The notes: a model not told the origin generated them from the letters alone. Numbered from the whole stretch's first letter, positions 13,867-27,170 are shown. The stretch is DNA of 60,907 nucleotides, filler included, from Sphacelaria rigidula (GCA_964200075.2; 6 parts of 6 records of this genome joined end to end with filler, not necessarily neighbours in it); one strand, 5' to 3'. Made by a program: numbers and translations.

Positions 13867-14292
13867 CTGCATCAGATTAGGGGGAGATGGAGCAGCTGCA
13901 CAAAATCGGGTTCTGATTGGTACGGTTGTGAGTCATAAAACGCAGCCCGTGTGCGGCACTGCAATCAAGGTACGTACTGGCAATTTGGATACACGAACCT
14001 AAATCACCTGAGGATGCGGCGTGTGCAGTACGGTACGCCGAACTTCATGTGAATTCAGAGCGTTTGTGAAGTCGGCAAAAAAACGTCGGGTCAAATCACG
14101 ATGGAGGTGTCTGCCGTTTCCGCCTTCCAGATAGATGAATAATTTGCTTCAAAGAGGAACACATTCATGCTTCCATTCCAAAATGTCGTAACACTCGTGT
14201 CATCATTACGTCTGAAAGACTCGCGGTTTCATGTGAATGGCGAGGTAGAACAACAAGCAATATTCAACCCCCTTGCCAGGTGTCACCCTCAC

Positions 14293-14424
14293 CCGAGAGC
14301 AGCGGCGGCAAACAAGCCAACCATAATGTACGGGAGGAACACGTGCACTGTTAACTTCACCATCGCCACAACCACGGGACCCAGGCATGCCAATGACTTG
14401 GTGTTGAACTTTGGGGGAGCCTCG
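14293..14424 (-). CDS. alpha/beta hydrolase, hydrophobic upstream exon
   Basis: cag|...|gtgagg; EAPPKFNTKSLACLGPVVVAMVKLTVHVFLPYIMVGLFAAAAL; phase-compatible with 13866. Confidence 0.6.
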
Positions 14425-15354
14425 CTGCAAATTAAACAGACGAACAGAAAGGCAGACAGACGGCAAATAGTACAGGAGATTGATAAGTTCACGAGGCTGT
14501 TTGAACGAACAACACTCAATGCACGCTTCTCATGGATGAGCATATGCGCCCCCGTCGGATGCACCGTGGATTGCCTCCGCAAAAACAAAATACGGCCAGC
14601 GGCAGTGACGCGCTCTCGCGTGCGTCAACGGCAGATACTTGTAATCGTTACACAAGTAGAAATCCGTCACAACACCAACTTCATATGCCGCCACCGCCGG
14701 ATACCCAGGGTAGGAGGGCGTACTAGACGGAAACAACGATGTGTCCGTCGTTTTTGCCTCCCTGTCTACCATTTCGTTTGGGCTGTACAAGCTGGGCCGA
14801 CCAAGAGTCGGAGGTCTCGCCAAGTGCATGTATAGTCAGTATATATCTTCGTCCCGCAGTTTTCAGTTCTGGTGGGGTTTATGCTTTCATCGTTTACAAG
14901 TGCCCCACTCTGGCAGGCGCCCCTGTGCGATATACGCAAGCGACATACATTGTCTCCCTCCATGTTTTCGTCGCCGTGCTGCTGCCTCAAAGGCAGGGCT
15001 GGCACACCTCGAGCGTGTTTCGACCCTGCGCATGTCAGATCGTCCAAACTGTGCCCCTTCTGTTTTCGTCTGTATTGTTTCTGCTGCTCTACCGTAGATA
15101 TATGCAAGCTCTTCTCATCAGCAGCCAATTACAACGCAATGAAACTGTCAGCGTCCGATCATTGCCCACTGAACAGAGTATACTGCGCGTTGTTGCCATC
15201 TCTGTGAAGTGTTCCACAACCACACTACAGGCGATGTGAAGCTATGCTGGCAACACAAGATGGATCAGGACGGCGGCAAAAACTACGAGCAGAATGAAAA
15301 TTATGCTCTGTGTCCAAGATTTCTATGATTAGACCACTTCTAATGTTAAAAAAA

Positions 15355-15752
15355 TTGAAAAGCGCATTTTTGACTCGTCTCCATCGTTTTTCGCCCGAAA
15401 AGAGGGCCAGGCGGATGTTGGCACGTTGGAATGATTCGCCATGCTCGTTGTTTCCAAATCACCCTTGAGTTTCCCGCAAGCAGCAGTTTTGCTTTCGACG
15501 AAACTTGCATCTTCAATAACAAACGGTCAAGTCATCGGAAAAATGACCGCTTTCACCCTGTTTTTTGAGCAGTTGACCATTTGTTATTGAAAATGCAAGT
15601 GTGGTCAAACAGAAACTGTGACCTACGGAAAATGCAAAGGCGCTCTGGCACGGTCTCAACGAAGACAGCAAGTCCTTCCAAGGTGTCAACATCCGCCTAG
15701 CCCTTTTTTCGGGCGAAAAACGATGGAGAAGGGTAAAAAATGCACTTTTCAA
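15355..15752. mobile_element. foldback/palindromic MITE (same family as 38-595)
   Basis: TTGAAAAGCGCATTTTT ... AAAAATGCACTTTTCAA long inverted arms and an internal hairpin. Confidence 0.8.
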
Positions 15753-18700
15753 CGAGTTTTCTTCTTTTTTCGTAAGAAATAGCCTCAGATGGTCGTTTCC
15801 CAAACGGTCAATTACGGCTTCACTGCGGGGTAGTCCACCTGCGATTCATTTGTGGGGGAACAAAAGTGACCATTCCTACCAATCAAGACTGTCAAAATAT
15901 TCACTGCCCTCCGTTCGGGCCTCGTCCCTGGCTTGGATTTTTCCGCAGGAAACTTCCAAACGCACATGGCTGATTTCGTGAACTTGGCTCTTCAGCAAGC
16001 AGAAATCCCCGTCCCCTGAAATCTCCTAGATGTACCTCGGTTGTCAGCAGGCGAAAACTGTTTCGAGGTAAGGGTGGCAATCGAAGGATCAAGCTTGGTC
16101 ACTTGTGTATCAGCCCGTGTGATCATTATACCCTCCGCGGCACAATATATATACACTTCGAAGTATATATATTGCATGCCGTGCATGCGCGCCCGCGCTG
16201 TCTACATCTTGACCTACAAATGATTGAGGGGGGGGTTCCGTGAGGAGGGTAGATACCAAAATCCTGGTATCGGCCAAACATGAATCGTAAGGGTGCAACC
16301 CGATCTGTTTGTGACCTCTTTGAACCTACCTCACGACTCCTTCGAACCCAGCGTGCGACCAACCATGCGCCAGTTTTTCAACAGCTTGAGGTAAGGTTTT
16401 GGGTCTATTGGGGAGAGGTGGTGGTACCATAAATGAATGCACCCGACTTGACCCCTGATGGTGCTGAAGGTGAGTACGCCCCACTGTTCATATTTTCTCG
16501 AAAGCCCTTGACCAAGCGGACACGCTCTTATATTCGTACAGTCTATGTATAGGTGGGTACCTCAAGTAAATATCAAGTTGCAACTGAGATTCCACAAGGT
16601 GTAGAGTATGTGTGGAATTCAGAAAGAGGAATTTTTTCTTTCCCTGAAACCAAGACAAACAGGCCAAAAATAGAGAGACATGTATCCAAATGCTTTTTCT
16701 CAGATGCCTCATTCTCAATGTATGCTGATTGGCACACGAAGCGAATCAAACGGACCTGCCTGCATCGTCACGGGCTTTTCGGCAAGTTCGAAAGTTGAGA
16801 GGCACGAAGACACTATCAGAAGTCATATTGCATGCATTCGTAATGAGCACTTTCTAATGGTTAATCCTTCCATTTGGCCCTATGTTCTCTTTCCTGCGTT
16901 GTGGTGTTCCTTTGAAGGGCTGGGCACGCAAACATCATTTTATGCATGCATTTCTCATGCTGAGGATACACGCTTTTCATGTCGATAAAAATGGAACCAG
17001 CAATGTCTCCCCACAAACGAAAAAGGGGACATCGGATCAGTCATGTCCAAAGGTTCGGCAAGGGTAGGCTCTGCGGTTGTGGAGTCTCGCGCATAGTCCA
17101 CAAGGAGGCAATGCTAGTGGTCGGGGCGAGTTGGCCATATGATCCATGAATACTGTCAACCTTTCCAAGAGTACAGGAAATTCGAGAAGGTCGGAATTTG
17201 CAGAACCGGCCCCTTCAAGAGTGTTCAGCCTAGCTACTCGTTACAATCGACCCAGCCAACGAATAGCGTGAAAAGGGATGAATGTCCACGAGCTCGCTGT
17301 CGCAAAACCTGCCGATGGAATTGAACTCGCGGAAACATATAGCAGGATAAATACTCCAGGCGACGGTGAATATCATTGGGTACGTGGTATACCATCCCCT
17401 GGATATCACCCCTGGGTGACGAGTTCCCGGCTATTTTTGGCAGCACGTCAGTTTTGCGGTGGTCTACTCCGGTACGTGGTAAATGACCCCCCCTGCCCTC
17501 TTGAGGGTTGGCGTCGGTTGACCACGACGCTGTAAAGCGCGCAACCAGGCTACCAGGGTTTTCTTTCGCTACCTTTCTACGGTAACCATGATAGTGTTCG
17601 ACTTAGATCACTTCACGTGGGTCGGAGAACATCAACCCCGCGCAAGGGGGTTGACCGTAACACGTAGCGTTTAAATTGTGCAACACCCATGAGGCAGTGT
17701 AACCCGTGGCTGTCCCTGCAAGAGGCGATACCATACATAAAGCAACTAATTCGAGGCTGCCATCCTTACGCAAGATAATTAGCACGCTTCGGGGCGAACA
17801 ATCTAAGCAGGATGTAGAGTACTCTCTGTGCGACTCGCCGAACAAATCATGGCCCTTTGCGCTTGATGATGACGAGCCTGGCCCGGCGAAAACCCGGCGG
17901 GCTCTGTCCTGGCTTCATAGCGATGCGAGGCCAATGGTCTCATGGCTACGGCATGCAGAATAATGAGATCCCACCCGCCGCCGGCCCTACACCCCCGAGT
18001 AACCCCCAGGTGACAAGTTCTCGAGTACCAAAACCTGATTGCGCGGGGCTCAGCCGTAGTCGGCTACATTTTCGTCACCTCCACTAAGTAGGTTCAGCCG
18101 TAGTCGCCGTACAATACATTGAGGTAGTCGACACTGCTGCCGCATAATCATGCCATCGCGTTATCCAGCGAAAGCCGCAAAGAGGCTGATTGGTCAAGAT
18201 CCGGCGAATGACACTGAAATAAAACGCGGCGGAACAACTTTTGTTCTTACCGAGACCAAAAACAGAAGCGGAAAAAATGAAACAACCGTCCAAAAGGAAA
18301 GCAGTGACTAGTTGCTGCAACCATAGACCCGCCTAGCGATGATTGAACATGCTGCTTTTGGAGCTTGTTCCTTCGCCCGATTATTATTTTTATCTCGATA
18401 AGATGGTGCTCTGCCGCTTTGCATTAAAACGACCAAGACCTGCCTATTAGTCCGCACTTTGCAGTGGCACATAGCTTGCGCTTCTAACGACACACAAGAA
18501 CAAAGCGCCATCTTGCATACTTGAGCAGCTTCCACGTACCATCAAAGTGCTCCCTGATGCAGACTCTAACCCTATGACAGACATACTGCAGAAGACCAAC
18601 CACCTTCGCACAGATACGTTGGATGTCGACTTACGCGGGTATCGGTGGTATAGCGGTCTTGTGAGGATACACTGCAGTCGTCAGCCCGTCGAGGGCAATC

Positions 18701-19120
18701 ATGAAAGCTTGATTAGGCATGGTCTCGCTTCTTCCCCCGGCGCCCATACCGCTACCACCACCCGCTCTCGTCTCCACTCCTCTGCAGTCTGCTACCGTAG
18801 TGCCTCGTGCTCCCTGGTGACAGACAACAATTCAGGATCCTGGTTTTTCGACAGGAGACATTGCCAGTTGCTCAGACCCACGGTGAGAGCTGTCCACTGT
18901 TCTGAAGATGAGAAGGCGAATTCGCCGGGGAGCATGGTCAGCAGCAGATTTGAAGGGTAGCGCAATCACATCTATATGATCTGAAAACCGAACCCTCCTT
19001 AACTCGCATATCTACCCGCGCTTGTTTTGTACAGATCAGTGGGTGTAACAAGGAGTTTCTACCTTATGACTGCGGATCTGAAGAAAATACAGAGACAAAC
19101 TGCATTTCATACAACAGTAC

Positions 19121-19408
19121 ATGACGAAACAACGACACCAGTCGATGCCTTGGTGGGGCAAGCGAGGCTCCGCGGTGATGATCGTAGGTACTATTGCGCC
19201 CTTGCCGCTTGTTTTATCGTTTGCTCTTACTTCTCAACCTCTAGTCCAACCTCAGAGACTGCAGCGAGCGAGTTTGTGCAGCAGTAGACACATGAGCAAT
19301 GTCGATGGTGCTGATGCTGGAGCAGATCCGATCCTGAGGACACATGAATCGTTGGCATCGATGGTGGATGCTGTGCGGAAAGCAGGCGATGCTGCTCTTG
19401 CTTTGCAG
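19121..19408 (+). CDS. probable first exon of an inositol monophosphatase-superfamily protein with N-terminal targeting peptide
   Basis: ATG-initiated 96 codons ending cag|gtaaac; hydrophobic stretch ending VLSF, Ser/Arg-rich transit-like region, then LASMVDAVRKAGDAALALQ, similar to IMPase/CysQ helix 1. Confidence 0.5.
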
Positions 19409-20238
19409 GTAAACCAGGTGTTCAATTAATCAGCAGTATAGTACAGTGTCAGCAGGAGCATGAGGTGAAACGTCGTGATCACCCTGCTCCCCCGCCTTCT
19501 CCACGTGTACACCGTACAATACTGCACGATCTTCTGATGCTCTGGTATCGCGTGAACTAGTGAGGGGGGACAGTGGTCGCCGTAATACACACAGGCTGGG
19601 CCGCCAAGACGCGACCAGGAATATTGACACGCGATTATACTACTCATTGTTGGATCGTTTTCGATGAAGCTTTGACATGATGTACAGGACTTGTGTTCGA
19701 AGACCCTCTATTTCCCCTCTACACTTTTTTTTGTTCGTGGCCTATTTGTGATTAAGTAATGAAAAAACTGTTCTAAAATGTTCTGTCGACAACTCCTTTG
19801 TGTGTGTGTTTCATGGGGGGAAAAAGTGAAAAAATGCAATGGAGGAAAAAGGAGGTTTTCTCATATACTTCCTGTACACCGTGTTAACATTTCACAGGAA
19901 GTGACCCAAAAGTTGCAGTATAATCGCGTTTTCGTGTCGAAAATCGCATTCCATCTCGAGATGGACCAGCCACGACGCGAACAGGAACCTCTGAACGGTG
20001 GTTACGCTGTTCAATTTCAACTCGTTTCTCGTGAAACTTTGGGCACACCGCCTATTCATGGGGATATATGTTTGTAGTGGAATGTGAAACTCAACCAATC
20101 AGAGGCCTATCAGTGAGAAATCGGTGGAATCTAGCGCCAATGAAATTCGACCTTGTGTGTGTGTATTGTGTGTGTGTTGTCGTCCCATTTATTCTGGGCA
20201 CCAGTCTACCCCTTTCGGGATATATGGGCGCATCAGCC

Positions 20239-20338
20239 NNNNNNNNNNNNNNNNNNNNNNNNNNNNNNNNNNNNNNNNNNNNTTAATTAATTAANNNNNN
20301 NNNNNNNNNNNNNNNNNNNNNNNNNNNNNNNNNNNNNN
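20239..20338. other. artificial contig-joining spacer
   Basis: identical 100-bp N/TTAATTAATTAA/N spacer. Confidence 0.97.
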
Positions 20339-21809
20339 CCTGTCTTCCCCCATCTCGGGTCTCTGTGGTTTTTGTCGGTGGGGAGGCGCGGGGCGGCGGC
20401 ACTACTCAAGATCATGCATGCCATAGTCAAAATACCATTGAACTCGCATCCGTACAAAGCCGGGACGGAACACGCCGTGATGGCTTTAACAACGGTACAC
20501 TAGCCAAACATGTGGTATAATGTTCACTCAATCGGGATTTTTCACCGACGGTTTGTCAGCTTCACTCGAGAGTTTGAGAGTCGGTAGGCGTTGCAAGAAG
20601 CAGCAGGTTGTGGTGAGGACATACTTTCCGAAGTTGGTGTTGTCGGACCGAGACGGAGTAAATCCCCGTTCATTGAGGAGGTGTTACTGACTACACATGA
20701 CCCGACACCACAGATTTTTTACTGTAGCGCAATGAAGATCAAGAAGGAAAAACACTGAAGCCGTTAAATTGTTTTTGTAAAGGCTTGGATCGGTTCGAGC
20801 GAGCGAACGTATCAAAGAGCGACAAGCGGAGGTTGTACAGTCGTCGAACCTCGAAAGACCGGTCAGCCAGCATCTCGATCAGAATTGGTCGTGGATTTTT
20901 TGTCCTCGAAAGTTATGTCGGGTGCTCATGTTTCTCGATGCCCAAAGTTTGGGATCGAACAGAAATCATGATGAGGCGTAGTACCGGGAAAAAAAAAAGT
21001 GGAAAAATCGCTTTTAATCGTAAACGCGAAGTTGACAATTTGACCACTTTATATGCATGTGATCAACACACAGCCGTAGCTGAACAGCTGAACAGCTGAA
21101 CAGCAAGGCGCTTTTTGGTCGGGGTGTACATGCTATGGGCAGCGCGTGCAGACTTAGCGGAGTAGGTCGTTATTTTGTGCCTAGCTTCACGATTTCCCCC
21201 TTCCATCTACAGGACAAGGGTTATGTACTTGAGTGGTCCTACCCCCCCACCTCCCCACCCCTACAGCGAATGAACACGACTAGCACAACTTGACAGTTCA
21301 CTAACATACAAGCAACGCCCATCAAGCCGGAGCGATGGACGCGTCTTCCTTACAAACCCGTGCTGCCCAAGCGGGTGCTCGTGGCGTTGAGAGTTGGCGA
21401 GGAGACAGGCGACCTCGGTCGGCTGTTGCGTTTTAATGACGCAGGCATTTTGTTACGGGAGCGACACTAGATCACAGCCTGGCGCTTTTTTCGTTCCTCC
21501 CTTTTCCTGCCCTTTCCTGTCCTTTCTCCGCTTTTCCCGTTCGCGATTCACTCTGTGTGATGTTCTCTCCTTATTTCTTCACTTGCCCCCCTCTTTCGTT
21601 CAGCGAATACCACACACTCTGGACAATGGACACAATAATAGTCCATTGCTTCAGCAATAGACACGGGGGAAAACCTATCGATATGTTTCGTCGAACACGA
21701 TAGATGGTGAAACACATATATCGATATGTATATATCGGTCGTTGATTATGTCCTTAGTCGGAGGCTCCGCGGTGCCCACTGGTGTGTGTCTGTATCTCCT
21801 CTGCTGCCA

Positions 21810-22206
21810 TGAATCCCTTAGGCCCTTTTTTTCTTTTCTTTTCTTCCTTGTTTTTTCCCATCGTTTCATTGTTTTTTTATTTTATGATATTTTATTTGCT
21901 TTATACTTTCCTCTTGTTTTCCTTTTTCTTTTAGGTCGGCCATTTCTTTCTGTGCTTTGCTTGTGTTGACTTTTTCATTACGTTTTTTGTCACGACTTGT
22001 CTGATATGTCGTTCTGTTCGACCTCTCTTTTTTTTTCTTTTTCTAATCCTATTTTTTTCTGATTCTGTTCCTTTTTGTTTCTTCCTTTTTTTTCTTAGAG
22101 CGTGTTTGAGTTTCTTTTTTGTTGGGTACGTACGTCCATCATGAGACCACGGCTGGATCATGACTCCTGGGGGGGTCAGTTAAAGTGCGACAATCAATCA
22201 ATCAAT
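21810..22206 (+). mobile_element. 3' end of non-LTR retroelement: T-rich tract, conserved tail, (CAAT)n
   Basis: GGGTACGT...CCACGGCTG...GTGCGACAATCAATCAATC; related tails at 28520-28797 (+), 12255-12460 (-), 32105-32135 (-). Confidence 0.6.
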
Positions 22207-22338
22207 CTTTGCAAGGGACAATAGATGTTGCGATAGTCGATCGATAGCCTATGACAATTAAAATAGATGAAGATCACTTGCCATCGGTGGAAATCGTGTA
22301 CCGCAGTAGATTCTGGGATGTATATATCGATAGCCTTT

Positions 22339-22600
22339 GCCGTAGTCAATAGGTTTGGTGAGCCATCCATCGGTAGTCATTGCCGTCGTCAATAGATTTG
22401 GTGAGCAATCAATCGATAGTCATTGCCGTCATCAATAGATTAGGTGAACCATCTATCAATACCGAATACCGTCATCAACAGACTTGGTGAGCCGTCTATT
22501 GATGGCCTCTGCCGCCGATAATGCATTTTTGGGTATCTATCAACATGATTAGTGCCGTCAACAATCGATTGTTCTCGGGAGCACCTATCGATAGCCAGTG
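22339..22600. repeat. 43-bp minisatellite, about 6 units; more degenerate units near 23500-23600
   Basis: GCCGTCATCAATAGATTTGGTGAGC-like units start at 22339, 22382, 22425, 22468, 22511, 22554. Confidence 0.85.
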
Positions 22601-25044
22601 ACGCCAACGATAGGTTCCGATGAATCTAGTGCTCACTGCAGTGGTCACAGCTTGTGTGAAATAAGGTTGAAACATCCACCGAAAAATGTGCATACAAAGC
22701 TAGTGACCGACCCCGTTCAGCTGCTTTTGTGGTCAGCAATAGATATTGGCGGCCTCGATTCAAATTGCATTGTGACCAGCGATATACATTGGTGCCCGCG
22801 ATTCAGATGATATTGTGATCCTCAATGGACATTGGTGCCGCACGGCAGATCCTATCGTGATTACCAGTACACATTGGTCGCCGCAATTCAGAGCCTGTTG
22901 TAACAAACAAAATGTGTCGATAGACAACTTGCTCCCTTCATTGTCACGGCAATGATACATTCTCTCCCTTGTCCCGAATCTGTTGTCGCCTACAATAGCT
23001 ATCGATAGACATTGATGCCAGTCTATTATGACTGACGATGAATATTGACAGTCATATTTTCGGGGCTATTTTGTTGCAGCGCCAATGTTCTATTCCATAG
23101 TCTATTGTCCAGGGTATAAGCACATCTCACCCACACATGAAGTACTCTAGGCGCTCATGTCCATCAGGGGGATAACCATAAGGACCAACACCACACCAAC
23201 AACACAACTTGTAAACCTTTGTCCACACATATTGCGGATTCCTATAAAATACAAGCGTTCCAAAATTGTACAAGTGTGACGTCATATATTCAGAAGTACT
23301 ATCAATATATACCCACTGCATATCCACCTGCGACTTCTCTACCGTACTCTAACGGAGTATGATATGGTATGTACGTAGTATGTTGCGATGTAGGTGTGGC
23401 AATAGATGACAGGGAATATTTATCGGTAGGCATTGTATACCCAGTAGATGTTGGTATGCATCTAGCGATATTCATTGCCGCCATGCATGGATTTTGTACG
23501 CAATCTATCAATAGCGATTGCCGTCATCAATAGATTTGGTACGTGGTCTATCGATAGCCATTGCCACCATGCATAGATTTTGAAAGCTATCGATCGATGT
23601 ATTTGGTCGGCCGCAATAGATTTCGGTGTAGGGCCACAACAGACTGCTGCCCGGACAAAATTGTGGAAAACTGGTCTATCGATAGACATTGCCGACGACA
23701 ATAGAAAGAGAAACTCGCCGATCGATGGCCATTACGGACGGCAAGATTGGCATCTGCTGCAGTAGATTCTATTGTTATTGCGATAGATGCCGTCTGTTGT
23801 CCAGGATGTGGAGTACTTCCCTTTATCTCACTCGGGCACATTTAGTCACCGCGGCTGGATCGCGAATGAGTTGATGGACGGCAATCAACCAACCAATGAG
23901 CCAAGGCGAGGAAACCCTTCACATTCCCGCCTTCAAAACCATGTTGCAGTGATGTTGGTCAACACTAACAACTTGCGATTCTGACTTCGTTTTAGAGTCC
24001 CGCCGATCTACTTTCGACCATCTACACCTACACTGTTGCTATCCTCCAGAAACTGGCAGCACCGTGAGAGGCTAGATTCTCCGAACAGACGGTCGAAGAT
24101 ATTCAAACGGTTGAGTGCGCCTGACAGTCCTGCGGGGGTTTGTACGGTGGGCACCGGAAACGTCAGTTGGCCTAGTGGGCGCTATCGATAGTTCGGATTT
24201 CTCGCGACTTCTTTTTTCGGTCAAAAGATTGCAGCAACCGTGGTTTATTTTTGAGCAAGCCGTTTGGGGTTTCTGCATTGTACATCGTTTGATGCATTAG
24301 TTCCTACCGTGTCGACTAATAGCACAGCGTCAGCTTAAGAGCCGCATCCGTCTTACCCGACACGTGCCTTGTGTATGTCAACGAAAATGACCGGGCCAGC
24401 AGACCTAGACGCCCCTGCTCCTACGAAGGCGTCGTCTCTTCCGCCCTGAACCAGTATTCCGGATTCCCCAGAAAGAGGCGGTCATCTGGCGACTGGGTGC
24501 CTATATTACGGGGAAAGTTATACAGGTCCTCTGTGCCTTTTCGCCCTTCTTTTTCCAAATGGAAGTGATGCCGATTCAGCACATGACGTACCTCTAGGTG
24601 GTCAAAGTGCTGAAGGGTTTATATCCGATGCAAATGCGCGTAGCAGTGCGTAGTCATGTGTCTGTAGTTGCTCCTGCACAACCATTCTAGGCGCACAGGC
24701 TTCGTATCCGAGGGCTGTTCGAGTGCAACCAGTTGCCCCAAGTTTTCGCCTGAAAGTTCTTCATATGCAACTAGATGCGCGGATTTTTCAACCGAAATAG
24801 TATTTTACGACCCCCCCCAAAAAAAAAACCAGCCGAAAATTGCCGCGAAGAAAATGGTTATACAGCGCCTAATGTTTTGTTTTAGGCTGCATAAAGCACC
24901 TCATATGGGCGACATTGGCGAAAACGAACCCAAGCGTGGGAATTCCCAGCTGATGTTTGTGCTTAGCTTTTTTCACTTCGAGTTATGTGTAAATTATTTT
25001 TTTTCTTTTTTCTTCTTTCTTTGTTTTTAGTACCCCGCGCCCCG

Positions 25045-25265
25045 CTTCCTTCTGCGGTGCTGACCTTTATTTTTCATCGCGAGAGGGGTTCAACAGTCCC
25101 TTTCCCTCGTCGACCATGAAGTCGAATTTTGTGTACCCACAACACAGTCGCTCGCCACTGTTGAGGATTGTGTGCGAAAAATCGCAGATCGCTCCGAGAT
25201 TCGAACCGACGACCCGAACGTCAAAAGGTTTCGAGATTACCAGCTGAGCCGCTGGGGTGATCGGC
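25045..25265 (-). mobile_element. tRNA-derived SINE
   Basis: minus strand starts GCCGATCACCCC with A-box GGCTCAGCTGG and B-box GGTTCGAATC; body shared with 42775-42852. Confidence 0.75.
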
Positions 25266-25789
25266 TTACACTGGTTGCACAGGGTTTTGACCCCGCAAAT
25301 GTCTGTATGGAAGTCACTGTAGAGGTTTCTAATGCATTAGTTATCTAAATGCCTCTAGTTGTCTTGACAACGCCTAGCAGACATAGGCCATGTCCGGTCC
25401 GAGGCGAAATACACCACATTGCCCCGTGATTGGTCGCGGCGTCTCACCCTGTCCCTAACAAACAGGCTGCAGAGTCATTTCTGGCCTGGGGATGTGAGTG
25501 TGGAGAAATCCTCAAGGGCTTCATCGAAAAATCGCTTTGCTCGTAAAGAACTGTATCTTAGCGATCACAAGGCGGTGCGTGCCGAGATCTGACACAGATC
25601 TGCCGAACAACCACACATGATTCAATTCTGAGGCCCACTGCCCACGACTACAGAAAGCATGGATGGGTAGCTCGAGCGATAACTGTTGTATCAGTTGAGT
25701 ACGCTGCGCTTTGTTGAGTGTGGAATTCGATCGTGTACAAGCAAGAATAACTCTTTTGTTGGCAAATGCCTGCTTGAGCAGTTATCTGG

Positions 25790-26120
25790 CGGTCGTTGTT
25801 AATGTTCATACACAACGAGTCGCATAGGTTTACTACACGGAGGTTGTTCACGGGTGACTGGTTGCGTGATTATTTTGGCAGAGAGTTGTTCACATGTAAC
25901 TGGTTGTATCAATTTTTCGTCCGAACGTTGTCTACAGCCAACTTGTTGCACAAGTTCCTCTTCCCATAGTTGTTTACATGCAAATTGTTGGGGAGGCTTC
26001 TTACCCAGTAGTTGCCTGCGGGTGACTAGTTGCATAGATTCCCCATCCAGTCGTTGCCCATAGGCCACCACCTGCACGGGTTTCCCATCCAGTAGTTTTC
26101 ACGCAACTACATGCATAACA
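25790..26120. repeat. degenerate 42-bp tandem repeat
   Basis: recurring AGTTG/GGTTG motifs; the minus-strand ORF 25799-26077 shows 14-aa periodicity. Confidence 0.6.
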
Positions 26121-26194
26121 TTTTTGCATGAAAGCTATTTGCAGGCAACTGCAAATTTGTTTTAGTTATACTGTACAGAGTGTGAACGAGTGGA

Positions 26195-27170
26195 CCCATT
26201 GACCGCGCGGATGGGTCATTGCTTGAATCAGCACTATTTTCACTTGAAATATAAATGCAAGACCCAGGTGACCCACCCTGACGATAGAGGGATCGGCGTC
26301 ATTTGTGCTTGGAAAATGATACCAATTCGAGAGATCGACACGCCCCGTCCCTCGAAGGGTTCTTTTGGCCGTCCGAGTGTGTCCATCTGTTGAATTGGCA
26401 TTGTGTTTATTCACGTGAGAATGGTACTGTATCAGACTCGGATGCCGTTGATATGGTGATAATACTGATGTCAACCAATACGTACCGGTCCCGATATACA
26501 GCCCTATTGCTTCAAGCTCTACTTTTCGAGAACACGAAACGATACAATTGAAGCTCGCATGTGCCCCCTGCAGATCAGGATTCCACGCAATCATCTCTTT
26601 TGCTGCGTACAATGTGACAAGTCGACCTGCCCAAGAGCTGCAACCTTTTTGCCTTTTTCTCGTAAAGATTGAAAACCTTTGATGAGGGCTGTGTCTCATC
26701 GACTATCACACGCGCGCGAGAATCCGCGATCAACATTGTTGGTGTCGTGATCAACATTGTTGGTGTCGTGAGGCGTACATCCACGGGCTGACTGGTTTTC
26801 GCCCTGTCTTGTACTCCGTATAACATTGTGCAGCGGGACCACTTTACCCTTCATATGGCCCCCTCCACACCACATCCAAACGCCTCCCGATTTCGAAGAG
26901 CCGGTGCTGCCGTTTCCACCAGCCGAGAGCCTTATGGTCAGAGAGATGGAGCTGGACGCCCTCAGGTAAGAGGAGGCATGGGTACTGGGGGTAGACTGAT
27001 TGACGCAGTTTTCTGACGAAGTTTTGTGGTGTGTGTGCCTGATGATTGCAAAGTCGCTTTAACTTCGCGTTGACGCTTTGACCGCCAGTATGGGTAATCT
27101 GTTGAATCATCGCCAATTTCACTTGAAAATTCCTGCATGATCCAGGTGACCTGCCCTCGCAGTCAAGGGG
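26195..27170. mobile_element. non-autonomous piggyBac-like element
   Basis: CCCATTGACCGCGCGGATGGGTCA vs TGACCTGCCCTCGCAGTCAAGGGG|TTAA; subterminal direct repeat TTCACTTGAAA...CCAGGTGACC at both ends; left TTAA not preserved. Confidence 0.55.

Noticed and set aside
16430-17963. Protein-like fragments on the plus strand (17278-17535, 17706-17963)
   Set aside because: No motif or reliable exon structure recognised; possibly decayed element sequence.
21742-22161. Phe-rich membrane or Lys-rich basic ORFs (also 28422-28743)
   Set aside because: Products of low-complexity T-rich tracts.
22339-22600. CRISPR-like array
   Set aside because: Units are contiguous diverged tandem copies without unique spacers; no cas genes; eukaryotic context.
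25190-25265. tRNA gene
   Set aside because: A and B boxes are present, but the stems are degenerate and it runs into a dispersed repeat body, so it is a SINE head.
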